Notes: generated from the sequence alone by a model not told the origin. A stretch of DNA of 64,000 nucleotides from an uncultured Collinsella sp. (GCA_902470365.1 CABRFZ010000008.1:3748-67747), one strand, 5' to 3'. Shown: positions 38,937 to 48,614, numbered from the stretch's first letter. Translations and numbers: made by a program.

Positions 38937-38980
38937 CCTCCCAAAAAGGGACAGGTTTATTCTGGTAGGTTTTATCTGGA
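38935..38980 (-). repeat. Family B 46-bp element, copy D (inverted relative to copy C)
   Basis: agcctcccaaaaagggacaggtttattctggtaggttttatctgga. It starts inside the aguR TAG and is followed by a GC hairpin at 38990-39025. Confidence 0.85.
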
Positions 38981-39261
38981 CAAACGTCAGCCGCCACGGG
39001 GGAGTTGCCTTCCCTCGTGGCGGTCTTCTAGCAGAAAAACCAAGTGAGTAGGCTTTTTGCAGGAGGCCAAGCACGCCCCAAAACGCCACAGCTCTGACCT
39101 GCAGTTTTATAGATCATTTGTCGCGATGTGCTCGGCAGGTTCAAAAAAGTCTACTCACTTGTATCTGAGACGCACCAGATTGGCAAAAACCGCCGCGAAA
39201 GGCGCCCGGCTCCCTTCGCGGCGGTTATTTGCTCTGGTTTTGCGACCGCTTTTCCCGCTTG

Positions 39262-41499
39262 TTACTCGCTGTAGCGGGTGGCGATGGCAGCTTGCACCAT
39301 GCCAGCGCTCATGAGGTAGGTCACCAGGAAGTAGCCACCATAGGCCGCCAGGAAGATTGCACAGGTGAGGCCCACGGTGCCGCCGATGCTCATATTTCCG
39401 AAAATGCTCACCAGCTCGATGATCACCTTAAGTGCCACAAAGGAGTGCGCCAGGCCCACTGCCAGCGGGAACAGGAAGAATACCGCCTGCTGTGCCATCA
39501 CCGAATGGCGAATCTGGCGGTCGTCGCAGCCGATCTGCGCCAGCACTCGATAGCTGCGGCTGCCGTCGGCCACGTTGGAGAGTTGCTGGATCGACAGAAT
39601 CGCCGCGCATGCAACGACCAATACAAAGCCGATGTAGATGGCTAGGTAGCTAATAAGACCGTTCATTTGCGCTGCTTGCGCGTACATCTCGGAGCGTGTG
39701 ATGAAGGTTCCCCACGACCCCGGCTCCTTGCCGTCAACGAGCAGATTGTCGAGCACAGTGTATTTAATACTCTCGTCTGCCTCGGTCGTATCCATCCCCT
39801 GTTTGTAGTTAACGAGCAGGCTACTGGAATACGGCTGCAGATTAAGTTGGGACAACAGCTCGTCGGCAACGACGACGGTACCCCCATTACTGCCCATCGC
39901 CGAGTTGGCGATGGCCGCCGTATCTTCGTCCGACTTATCGGTTGCAGGCTTGAGCTCATGCCCGCCCAAGGTAAGGGCATGGCCACCAGCCATATACTTG
40001 GTGTACATGTCGACCAGCTCGCCGCCCATATCACACGTGAGCAGATACTGGTCGTGACCGATGTGCACCGGCTCCTCGCCCATCATCTGACGCAGTTTGT
40101 TGTACTGGCTCGCCGGCGTCACAAACAGACCCATCGCATCGGCATTGCTACCCCCGAACGCCTTGGGAAGCTTTTCGCCCATGATCTTGCACATCTCACT
40201 TGGAGTCACCGAAGGATCCGAGCCGCCGAGCGGGTAACTCAGATACAAATCGATCTGCACGTGCTCACCGGCAACATCGGCGATATTGACCTTCTTGCCG
40301 GTCTCGTCGTTGTTGTCCGCCGACTTGCCCTTAATACCGTCTGCAACGTTATCGGGATCGATACGATCGCCATGCCATGCAGCGTACAAATCGACCGTTG
40401 CATCGGCCAGCACCATGCGATCGGCCTCAGACGGATTGACATACTCTTTGTAGTAGTCGAGCGTATCGGGCGTGTAATAGACATACGTCTGCGACATGTC
40501 GGCCGGATTATAGCGCTCCAGGTTTTCGTTCATCACGTTGGCAATCGACATACCGCACGTCACCGAGGTGATAGCCAAAAACAGGAGCATCGCGATGACG
40601 CCCATCGAAAAGCACACCGTGTTGACCTTGGCCGAAAGCTGACGCACGGTAAACATATTGAGGCCGCGCCAATACACGCTGCGCAGGCTCTGCAGCAGCT
40701 TGATAAGCATGCCCGAGAGTCCCCAGAACAGCGCAAAGGTGCCCACGGTAACCATAGCGGTCGTAATACCAAACTGGTTCATGGCCTCTTGCAGCTTGCT
40801 GTCCGTCGCGGTTAGCGGGAACCCATCACGTAGCAGACGGTAATAGGCCACGCCCACAAGCGCCACGCCCACGGCAAAGATGGCAATCGCAATCCAGGGG
40901 TTGCGTGTCTTGATGCTCTCGTTGCGACGCTCGGCACCCATAAGCTCGATGAGTTTGGTACGACGCACGGCGCGGAGGTTCAGCAGCAGCGTGAGCACAA
41001 ACATTACGAGCATGCAGGCAAGAGTCAGACTGAACGCATGCACCGAGAAAAAGAAGTGGAAATTGGCGATCTGTGTCTTAAAGAGCGAGGCCGTAAAGAA
41101 CGTCATGAGCTGCGAGAGCCCCACGCCCAGCACGATGCCGGCGACAAAGGCCACGACCGAAACGATCACCGTCTCGAGCGCCATGATCGTGGCGACGCGC
41201 CCGCGCCCCATGCCGAGCACCTGGTACAGGCCAAACTCCTTTTTGCGGCGTTTCATGATGAAGTTATTGGCATACACCATCAAAAAGGCCATGACACCGG
41301 CCAAAAAGTACGTCAGGTCGCCGAGCATGCTGCCCATTACCTGCGCCAAGCCCTTTTCATCGATTCCGGCGATGTCGACCTGCATCGAGATAGTGTTAAA
41401 GGCATAGAAGACCGTGACACCCAGGGTGAGCGTCAAAAGGTAGACGAGGTAGTCGCGGCCGGCGCGGCGGACGTTGCCCCAAGCGAGTTTACAGAGCAT
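39262..41499 (-). CDS. BceB-like FtsX-family ABC permease (10 TM, large extracytoplasmic domain)
   Basis: N-terminus KLAWGNVRRAGRDYLVY, two FtsX-type TM bundles and a ~230-aa loop. ATG at 41499 (alternative GTG at 41511). It overlaps the ATPase stop. Confidence 0.8.
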   Translation of the reverse strand: MLCKLAWGNVRRAGRDYLVYLLTLTLGVTVFYAFNTISMQVDIAGIDEKGLAQVMGSMLGDLTYFLAGVMAFLMVYANNFIMKRRKKEFGLYQVLGMGRGRVATIMALETVIVSVVAFVAGIVLGVGLSQLMTFFTASLFKTQIANFHFFFSVHAFSLTLACMLVMFVLTLLLNLRAVRRTKLIELMGAERRNESIKTRNPWIAIAIFAVGVALVGVAYYRLLRDGFPLTATDSKLQEAMNQFGITTAMVTVGTFALFWGLSGMLIKLLQSLRSVYWRGLNMFTVRQLSAKVNTVCFSMGVIAMLLFLAITSVTCGMSIANVMNENLERYNPADMSQTYVYYTPDTLDYYKEYVNPSEADRMVLADATVDLYAAWHGDRIDPDNVADGIKGKSADNNDETGKKVNIADVAGEHVQIDLYLSYPLGGSDPSVTPSEMCKIMGEKLPKAFGGSNADAMGLFVTPASQYNKLRQMMGEEPVHIGHDQYLLTCDMGGELVDMYTKYMAGGHALTLGGHELKPATDKSDEDTAAIANSAMGSNGGTVVVADELLSQLNLQPYSSSLLVNYKQGMDTTEADESIKYTVLDNLLVDGKEPGSWGTFITRSEMYAQAAQMNGLISYLAIYIGFVLVVACAAILSIQQLSNVADGSRSYRVLAQIGCDDRQIRHSVMAQQAVFFLFPLAVGLAHSFVALKVIIELVSIFGNMSIGGTVGLTCAIFLAAYGGYFLVTYLMSAGMVQAAIATRYSE

Positions 41500-42274
41500 C
41501 GGAGCCCTCACCGCCCATCATGGCAACGACCTCCATAATGCGGTCGAAGAACTCTCGGCGGTCGGTGTCGCCGCGGCGCAGCTCGGTGAAGATCTTGCCG
41601 TCGCGAATGAACAGCACACGGCTCGTGTAGCTGGCGGCAAAGCTGTCGTGCGTGACCATGAGCACCGTGGCGCGCAGGCGGCGGTTAAGGGCCTCCAGGC
41701 TCTCGAGCAGCAGGCGAGCGCTCTTGGAATCGAGGGCGCCGGTGGGCTCGTCGGCCATGATCATGGTGGGGTCGGTGACGAGCGCGCGAGCCGCGGCAAC
41801 GCGCTGCTGCTGACCGCCGGACATCTGGTAGGGATACTTGTCGAGCACCTGACTGATGGACAGGCGCGCTGCCACATCCTGCACGCGGGTCGAGATCTCT
41901 GCCGAGTTTGTGCGGGCGATGGTGAGCGGCAGGGCGATGTTCTCGCGTGCCGTGAGCGTATCGAGCAGGTTGGAGTCCTGGAAGATAAAGCCGAGCTCCT
42001 CGCGGCGGAACTGCGAAAGCTTAGCCTGCTTCATGCGTGTTACGTCCTGGCCGTTGATGCGGATGGTGCCGCTCGTGGCGCTATCGATGGTCGACACGCA
42101 GTTGAGCAACGTCGACTTGCCCGAGCCCGAAGCGCCCATGATGCCGACGAATTCGCCGCGGTTGACGGTAAAGCTGACGTCGTTGAGCGCGCGGGTCACG
42201 TTGCCCAGCGCTCCGTATACCTTTTCGAGATGAGCGACCTCCAGTACCGGGGTCGCCATGTGCGTGGTTTGCAT
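41489..42274 (-). CDS. BceA-like ABC ATP-binding protein
   Basis: GASGSGKST, MSGGQQQR, IMADEPTG. ATG at 42274 with an AAAGGA SD. Confidence 0.9.
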   Translation of the reverse strand: MQTTHMATPVLEVAHLEKVYGALGNVTRALNDVSFTVNRGEFVGIMGASGSGKSTLLNCVSTIDSATSGTIRINGQDVTRMKQAKLSQFRREELGFIFQDSNLLDTLTARENIALPLTIARTNSAEISTRVQDVAARLSISQVLDKYPYQMSGGQQQRVAAARALVTDPTMIMADEPTGALDSKSARLLLESLEALNRRLRATVLMVTHDSFAASYTSRVLFIRDGKIFTELRRGDTDRREFFDRIMEVVAMMGGEGSDAL

Positions 42275-42377
42275 ACCGAGTCCTTTCTTGCAATTAGTCT
42301 ACGGCATCTATAGTCGCAAGAAGACGAGTCGGCTACCATCGATATGGCTTACGCTTGCCTTACCGTTGTGTAAGGTA

Positions 42378-42492
42378 GGGGTAGTCTTTTTGGGACGGGG
42401 CTTTTTTAGCTACCCCATCCGTAGCCTTCGAAACATGGGGCCGCATTTGACATAGGGCAGCTAAAAAAGCCCCGTCCCAAAAAGACTACCCT
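42378..42492. repeat. 33-bp perfect inverted repeat with a 49-nt loop in a divergent promoter region
   Basis: gggtagtctttttgggacggggcttttttagct (42378-42410) is the exact reverse complement of 42460-42492. Confidence 0.85.
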
Positions 42493-42523
42493 GCCACTTG
42501 TTGATGTTGAGGGAGGACTCCTG

Positions 42524-43513
42524 TTGAAGACTGTTCATGTTGCCGCTGGGATCATTCGCAAGGAAGGATCTGACGAGCTGCTTGCCGTGCAGCGCGGCTA
42601 TGGCAACATGCAGGGACTTTGGGAGTTCCCCGGTGGCAAGCTCATGCGCGGCGAGACGCCCGAGGACGCCGTGCGCCGCGAGCTCATGGAAGAGCTGCAG
42701 GTAAAAGTCACCAACCTGCGCGATTTCTATACCGTTGAGTACGACTACCCCGATTTCCATCTCTCCATGGAGTGCTACTACTGCTCGCTCGCCGATGAAT
42801 CCGATGAGCCGCAGAAGCACGACCGCCAACTCGATATCCGCTGGATTCCGCGCACCTCGCTTGCCACGGTTGAGTGGATGCCCGCCGACAAGGGGCTTAT
42901 CGATGCTCTGATTGAGTTGAAGGAAGATCGGCTTGAGGCCAACGACACTGCCAACGACGCCGAGGCCACCACGACCGACGAGCCCGCTTCCAAGCCCAAG
43001 CGCGCACCTAAGCGCCGCAGCAAGAAGCGCCCCAAGCCCGGTCTGCTCGACGGCATCGATACCTCGGACCTCTCCGCCGACGAGCGCGAACTGGTGCGCC
43101 GTCGCGCCGCTATAAAAAAGTCCATGAAGGGCAACAAGCGCGCCAACACCAAGCCCGAGCTGCTCGTACGACAGCGCCTGCGCGCAGCGGGCCTCACGGG
43201 CTATCGTTTGGAATGGAAGGTTCCCGGCAAACCCGATATCGCCTTCCCCGGGCGCAAGATCGCCATCTTCGTCAACGGTTGCTTTTGGCACCGCTGCCCC
43301 AAGTGCAACCCTAGCAAGCCCAAGCGCAACGTTGAGTTTTGGGAGGCAAAGTTCCGTCGCAACGTCGAGCGCGACCGCGCTGCCGTGGCAGCACTCACTC
43401 AAATGGGCTGGACACCCATAACCATCTGGGAATGCGAGCTCAAAAAAGACCGCATCGACGCCACCATGGAAAAGGTCATCGAGCAGGTGCGCACTGCAGA
43501 GCCGCAGCGCTAG
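42524..43513 (+). CDS. NUDIX (MutT-like) hydrolase fused to a Vsr very-short-patch-repair endonuclease
   Basis: The NUDIX box is GGKLMRGETPEDAVRRELMEELQV. A basic low-complexity linker follows. Vsr motifs are KPDIAF, NGCFWH, VERDR and IWECE. TTG start 6 nt after GAGGGAGGA. Confidence 0.85.
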   Translation: MKTVHVAAGIIRKEGSDELLAVQRGYGNMQGLWEFPGGKLMRGETPEDAVRRELMEELQVKVTNLRDFYTVEYDYPDFHLSMECYYCSLADESDEPQKHDRQLDIRWIPRTSLATVEWMPADKGLIDALIELKEDRLEANDTANDAEATTTDEPASKPKRAPKRRSKKRPKPGLLDGIDTSDLSADERELVRRRAAIKKSMKGNKRANTKPELLVRQRLRAAGLTGYRLEWKVPGKPDIAFPGRKIAIFVNGCFWHRCPKCNPSKPKRNVEFWEAKFRRNVERDRAAVAALTQMGWTPITIWECELKKDRIDATMEKVIEQVRTAEPQR

Positions 43514-44045
43514 GAACGAGCCGTCCACACGCCCCGCACGTCCGCGCCACATCCGCACCACAAACCTTAGAAAGCCCTTAAGCTCAAAACCTTTCAAGAG
43601 TGTTACTCGATGGCTTTGACCTGCGGTTTCATCGTATCATCAAACCAGGTTAAGCCTTTCTTTAGCGCTTCTTTGCGACAGCCGCGGCATAATACTGCCA
43701 ACGCACGGGACCTAGCAGCATACCCCGTGCGCAACCTTTTGGTGGACATCGAGGAGGCCGCATAAGCATGCATTCTTCCAATGACGCAGCACAGCAGCCA
43801 TCCCTAAAACATGCAGATCTTTTCTCCTTCCCCCCGACACAGAGAAACGACCTCCTCGACTCCCCCACCACAAAAGCAAAACGCTCAACCGACCAGAGCC
43901 TCAACTTGCGAGCATCGTTCGAAAAGCTCCAAGCATCCCTAAACAAGTCATTCCCCAACCAAGCCCGGGCATACTAATTCCCCATCAACAAAGCACCCCT
44001 CGCACCCCATCCTTTCCGCCCCAACGCCACAAGGGCGATCGAGCA

Positions 44046-44198
44046 GGACAGCTTGGGCGGGTCCCCGTACTTAGTTTCCAAAATCATTCCGCAGCGCGAA
44101 GGCCCCCGTTGCCAACGCTTCGTAGAAGCGAGGGAACGGGGGCCTTCATGCGCGAGGACGTTTTGGAAACTAAGTACGGGGACCCGCCCAAGCCGTCC
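44046..44198 (-). repeat. Nested-palindrome 3' element, family A copy 5
   Basis: Arms 44051-44083/44161-44193 are 33/33 complementary. The core is TTCCGCAGCGCGAAGGCCCCC..GGGGGCCTTCATGCGCGAGGACG. It lies just downstream of the aldolase stop. Confidence 0.9.
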
Positions 44199-44222
44199 GG
44201 TGGGATCAGAGTACCCTTGCTG

Positions 44223-45080
44223 TTACTCTGCTTTGCCCACAGAGTTGAGGTTGGTCATGCGGATCTTAACCAGCTCGGTGATCTCACGCATGCCCTCCTT
44301 GGCCGGCTTCTTGGGATCGAAGCAGGCGGGGTTCTCGGCCATGTAGGCCATGAAGCCCTTGGTGTAGGCCTGACGCAGCTCGGTGGCGTAGTTAACCTTG
44401 CAGATGCCGTTCTTCACAGCCTCGGCAACCTGCTCATCGGGCACACCAGAGGTGCCGTGCAGGACCAGCGGCACGTCGACGGCGTCGCGGATGGCCTTGA
44501 CCACGGACTGCTCGATGTGCGGATCGCTCGTGTACACACCGTGGCTGGTGCCAACGCCAATGGCCAGCGAGGTGCAGCCGGTACGCTCGACGAACTCCTT
44601 GGCCTCAGCAGGATCGGTGTAGGGGCTCTCGCCCTCAACCGCGGGACCGTCGTCCTCCTTGCCGCCAACCTTACCGAGCTCAGCCTCGACGGGCACGCCC
44701 ATGGCGCGGCCAGCGTCGGCGACGGACTTGGTCAGAGCGATGTTGTCCTCGAAAGACTCGTGCGAACCGTCAATCATGACAGAGGTGTAGCCAGTGCGGA
44801 AAGCCTGCATGCAGCGGTCATAGCCATCGCCGTGATCGAGGTGCAGAGCGACGGGCACGGAAGCGCGCTCGGCGGCAGCCTTGACCATGCCGTAGAAGTA
44901 GTCCAGACCGGCGGTCTTGATGGTGCCCGGGGTGGTCTGCATGATGACGGGGGACTTGGTCTCCTCGGCAGCGGCCAGAACGGCCATAACAAACTCGAGG
45001 TTCTCGACGTTGAACGCACCGACGGCGTAGTGGCCGGCCTGAGCGTCCTTGAGCATCTTTTCGGTGGTAACAAGTGCCAT
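44223..45080 (-). CDS. Class II fructose/tagatose-1,6-bisphosphate aldolase
   Basis: VGAFNV, LHLDHG and SVMIDGS motifs. ATG at 45080 with a GGAGAGGAG SD. Confidence 0.85.
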   Translation of the reverse strand: MALVTTEKMLKDAQAGHYAVGAFNVENLEFVMAVLAAAEETKSPVIMQTTPGTIKTAGLDYFYGMVKAAAERASVPVALHLDHGDGYDRCMQAFRTGYTSVMIDGSHESFEDNIALTKSVADAGRAMGVPVEAELGKVGGKEDDGPAVEGESPYTDPAEAKEFVERTGCTSLAIGVGTSHGVYTSDPHIEQSVVKAIRDAVDVPLVLHGTSGVPDEQVAEAVKNGICKVNYATELRQAYTKGFMAYMAENPACFDPKKPAKEGMREITELVKIRMTNLNSVGKAE

Positions 45081-45414
45081 GAGCGTTTGCTCCTCTCCCT
45101 CGCCCGCATCTGGACATCGGGCGTAGTTGTTCACAAGGCGTTTTACCTTGCGTTTTACTGCGCTCATTGTATGAAATTCAGCGGCTTTGCACGTGCGAGA
45201 TATTGAGCCCATGCAGGTCAATACCGTCGTTTTTGAAAAGCAAACGGAAGGAATTGAAGCCGAGCGGGCGTGTTCGATATTGAATTTTAGGCGTTCAGCG
45301 TCTTTCTTTTATAGAAAAGATAAGTAATCGAAAGGTGTTTTCTTACTCAAAAAGAAAATGAACGAAAATAGAGTCAACACAATTCCTGCATATTTAGCCG
45401 AGAATGGAGCAGCC

Positions 45415-46218
45415 ATGACCCAAGCTACCAACCGTGCTTTTGCCGACGAACGCCGTACCGCCATTATGGAAATGCTCGAGCATAATGCCTCGGTGCAGGT
45501 AGCGGAAATCGCCCAGACCTTTGGCGTGTCCTCCGTCACCGCCCGCGCCGACCTGGACGCGCTCGCCGAAGCAGGCAAGCTGCGCCGCACGCACGGCGGT
45601 GCCGTCTCGCTCCACAAACGCCTGACCGTCTCCACGCAGGATCGCCGCATCAATGTCAACGTCGCTGCCAAGCAGGCCATCGCGCAAAGCGCCATCGAGC
45701 TCGTCAATGACGGCGACACGCTGCTCGTCGACTCGGGCACCACGGCGCTCGAGTTTGTCCGGCTCCTCGACCAGCGCAACGGCATCACCGTTATCACGGC
45801 CGACATTACCATTGCCGATTACATCGACGAGAGCATGCCCTCGGTCGATGTCGTCATGCTGGGCGGGGCACTGCGCAAAGGCCATCGTTATTTGTACGGA
45901 CCGCTCACTATGCAGGCGCTCCAAATGGTCCATGCCGATCTGGCCGTCATGTGCCCCGGCGCCTTTGTCTCCAGCTGCGGCTTTACGACCGACTTTCCCC
46001 AGATGGCCGAGACCAAAACGGCTATGATCGCCGCGGCCCATCAAAGCGTCGCTCTCATGGACGCCAGCAAGGTTAACGGACGCGGCATGTACCGCTTTGC
46101 CGAGCTGACCGATGTCGACACCATCGTGATGGACCGTGACCCCGATCATGCCGTCGCCACCTCAATCGCCGAGGCCACCGACAGCGCACGTCCAGCCCTC
46201 ATCATCGCCGGCGCTTAA
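45415..46218 (+). CDS. DeoR family transcriptional regulator (LacR/AgaR-like)
   Basis: N-terminal HTH ERRTAIMEMLEHNASVQVAEIAQTFGVSSVTARADL and a DeoR C-terminal sensor domain. Confidence 0.8.
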   Translation: MTQATNRAFADERRTAIMEMLEHNASVQVAEIAQTFGVSSVTARADLDALAEAGKLRRTHGGAVSLHKRLTVSTQDRRINVNVAAKQAIAQSAIELVNDGDTLLVDSGTTALEFVRLLDQRNGITVITADITIADYIDESMPSVDVVMLGGALRKGHRYLYGPLTMQALQMVHADLAVMCPGAFVSSCGFTTDFPQMAETKTAMIAAAHQSVALMDASKVNGRGMYRFAELTDVDTIVMDRDPDHAVATSIAEATDSARPALIIAGA

Positions 46219-46292
46219 ACAAAAACCACCACAAAGGTGCCTGTCCCCTTTGTGGTGGTTGTGATGGTTGAGCGTCAAAAGTGAACGTGTCG

Positions 46293-47453
46293 CTACTTGG
46301 ACAGCTCGTCGGCGAGGGCCTCGATCTGAGCGCGCGAGGCGTCGTTGAGCGAACCCAGGACAGTCACCTTGTTCTGCGTCAGGGTGATGTCCTTCATGCC
46401 CTCGAGCTCCTTGGTCATAACCTTGGCAGCCGCAGGCGCCCAGGAACCGGACTCGACAAGCGCCACGGTGCGGTTCTGGTAGGCATGCTCGGCGAGCGTA
46501 TGGATGAAGGTGCTCATGCACGGGAAGATCTCGCCCTGATAGGTGATGGAGGCGAGCACCAGACGGTCGTAGCGGAACGCATCCTCAACGGCCTCGGCCA
46601 TGTCGTCACGAGCCAGGTCAAAGACGGAGACCTTCTGGCCGCGAGCCTCAAGCGCAGATGCGAGCTCCTCGACAGCAGCCTTCAGATGCCCGTACACGCT
46701 CGCATAGGCAATCGTGATACCCTCGTCCTCGGGCTGATAGCTCGACCAGGTGTTATAGGTGTCGAGGTAGTAGCCCAGGTTCTCGGTCAGCACGGGGCCG
46801 TGGAGCGGGCAGATGATCTGGATGTCCAGGTCGGCGGCCTTCTTGAGGACGGCCTGCACGAACTTGCCGAACTTACCGACGATGCCAAAGTAGTAGCGGC
46901 GAGCCTCGCAAGCCCAGCCCTCGGGGTCCTCGACGTCGTTGGCGCCAAACTTGCCAAAGCCGTCGGCACTAAAGAGCACCTTGTCGGTGGACTCGTAGGA
47001 GAAGATCACCTCGGGCCAGTGAACGTTGGGGGCGCCGATAAAGGTCAGGCTGTGACCGCCCAGGTCGAGCACATCGCCCTCTTTGACGACCATCTTGCGC
47101 TCGGGGTAGTCGGTGCCAAAGTAGTTGACCATCATGCGGAAGGCGCCCATGCTGGCCACGATCTGCGCCTGGGGATAGCGCTCCATAAAGGCAGCGATGC
47201 CGGCGGAGTGATCGGGCTCCATGTGATGGACGACCAGGTAGTCGGGCGTACGGCCATCGAGCGCGGCCTCGAGGTTGCCGAGCCACTCGTCGACAAAGCC
47301 AGCGTCAACCGAATCGGCGACAGCGATCTTGTCGCCCAAGATAACGTAGCTGTTGTATGCCATACCGTTCTCGGACACATCGTACTGGCCCTCGAACAGG
47401 TCAATGTCGTGATCGTCGACACCGATGTAGCGGATATCCTTGGTGATCTCCAT
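46293..47453 (-). CDS. FprA-type flavodiiron protein
   Basis: Metallo-beta-lactamase motif HHMEPDHSAG plus a C-terminal flavodoxin-like domain. ATG at 47453. Confidence 0.85.
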   Translation of the reverse strand: MEITKDIRYIGVDDHDIDLFEGQYDVSENGMAYNSYVILGDKIAVADSVDAGFVDEWLGNLEAALDGRTPDYLVVHHMEPDHSAGIAAFMERYPQAQIVASMGAFRMMVNYFGTDYPERKMVVKEGDVLDLGGHSLTFIGAPNVHWPEVIFSYESTDKVLFSADGFGKFGANDVEDPEGWACEARRYYFGIVGKFGKFVQAVLKKAADLDIQIICPLHGPVLTENLGYYLDTYNTWSSYQPEDEGITIAYASVYGHLKAAVEELASALEARGQKVSVFDLARDDMAEAVEDAFRYDRLVLASITYQGEIFPCMSTFIHTLAEHAYQNRTVALVESGSWAPAAAKVMTKELEGMKDITLTQNKVTVLGSLNDASRAQIEALADELSK

Positions 47454-47582
47454 CAGGCAAAGCCTCCTAGATAGACAAAAGAGCCCGTCTATCATAACAC
47501 TCGCCTTCATAGCCACGGCTATCTGTCAGCATCCTTACCGATTGTTTTTGAGGCGGAATATACCGCCGTTTACCTGCACAAA

Positions 47583-48614
47583 TTATGCGCGCGGTATCGC
47601 CGTGCTATGTCGAATGATGAGTTGGCCGGGTATACGAATGGCAACGGTTTTACCCGCCGTACCCGCCTCGGGAACCGCATGCTCAAACACCTCGCGTCCG
47701 CGCTGATGTAGATCGAATCGCACGGTCGTGAGCTCGTTGTGTGCGACAAAATCATCGAGCGAATCGTCGACGCCCACCACGCTTACGTCCTCGGGCACGC
47801 GCAGACCGCTATCGCGCAGCGCGGCAATCGCGCCATTTGCCATCTGATCGTTTGCCGCATAGATCGCCGTCATGGTGCGGTCGTGCTCGGCCAGGTACCT
47901 GCCGGCCTCGTAGCCGCTGTTGGCAGACCAGTCGCCCTCGAGCGGCTCTGCCGGCTCGATGTGTTTACGCTCGAGCGCATCCTGCCAACCGGCGCGGCGA
48001 AATTGTTCGTCGACCGAGAACGACGGGCCGCCAATATAGCGAATCTGCTCGTGCCCCAGCTCAAACAGGTGATCCATAAGCAACAGCGAGCAGCCGTAAT
48101 GATCGGAGTCGACCGTGGTCACCCGCGGGTGCGCGTACATGGTAACGATGACCGTGCCAATGCCCGGCAGCGGATCAAACGTCTCAAAATCGGGCGCCAT
48201 GCGGCTCATGCCGATGATGATGCCGTCCACCGGCAATGCGGCCATACGACGCGTGGCCTCGGCAAGCGAAAACTCCTCGGTCTTGGACATCTCGACCAGC
48301 GTGATGGCGCAATTGTGCTCGCGAGCAGCGCTGGCGATGCCGTCAATCATTGAGAGGTTGCCAAACTTGGTGACATCGTTGACGCACAGGCCGACCGAAT
48401 GGTAGCGGCCGTCACGCAGCGAGCGACCGGCATAACTCGGACGAAAGCCGAGCTCTTGCATAGCGGCCTGCACGCGCTGGCGCGTCTGCTCGTTAACGTT
48501 GGGCAAGCCGTTGGCGACGCGCGAAACCGTCTGCTGCGAAACGCCAGCAGCGCGGGCGACGTCGGCCATGGAGACCGGACGCGAACTGGTATCGTTGGAC
48601 GGGCGCCTTGCCAC
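47583..48614 (-). CDS. LacI family regulator (GalR-like, paralog 1)
   Basis: HTH MADVARAAGVSQQTVSRVANG. GTG at 48614 after GAAGGTGA. It is divergent from galK. Confidence 0.85.
   Translation of the reverse strand: MARRPSNDTSSRPVSMADVARAAGVSQQTVSRVANGLPNVNEQTRQRVQAAMQELGFRPSYAGRSLRDGRYHSVGLCVNDVTKFGNLSMIDGIASAAREHNCAITLVEMSKTEEFSLAEATRRMAALPVDGIIIGMSRMAPDFETFDPLPGIGTVIVTMYAHPRVTTVDSDHYGCSLLLMDHLFELGHEQIRYIGGPSFSVDEQFRRAGWQDALERKHIEPAEPLEGDWSANSGYEAGRYLAEHDRTMTAIYAANDQMANGAIAALRDSGLRVPEDVSVVGVDDSLDDFVAHNELTTVRFDLHQRGREVFEHAVPEAGTAGKTVAIRIPGQLIIRHSTAIPRA

Noticed and set aside
43768-43977. 69-aa ORF with a GAGGAGG about 11 nt upstream.
   Set aside because: Its codon usage is atypical for this genome (many A-ending codons) and the sequence is hydrophilic and low-complexity. 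It lies inside the C-rich, G-poor tract, which is better explained as non-coding. It is kept only as a remark in the rut-like finding.
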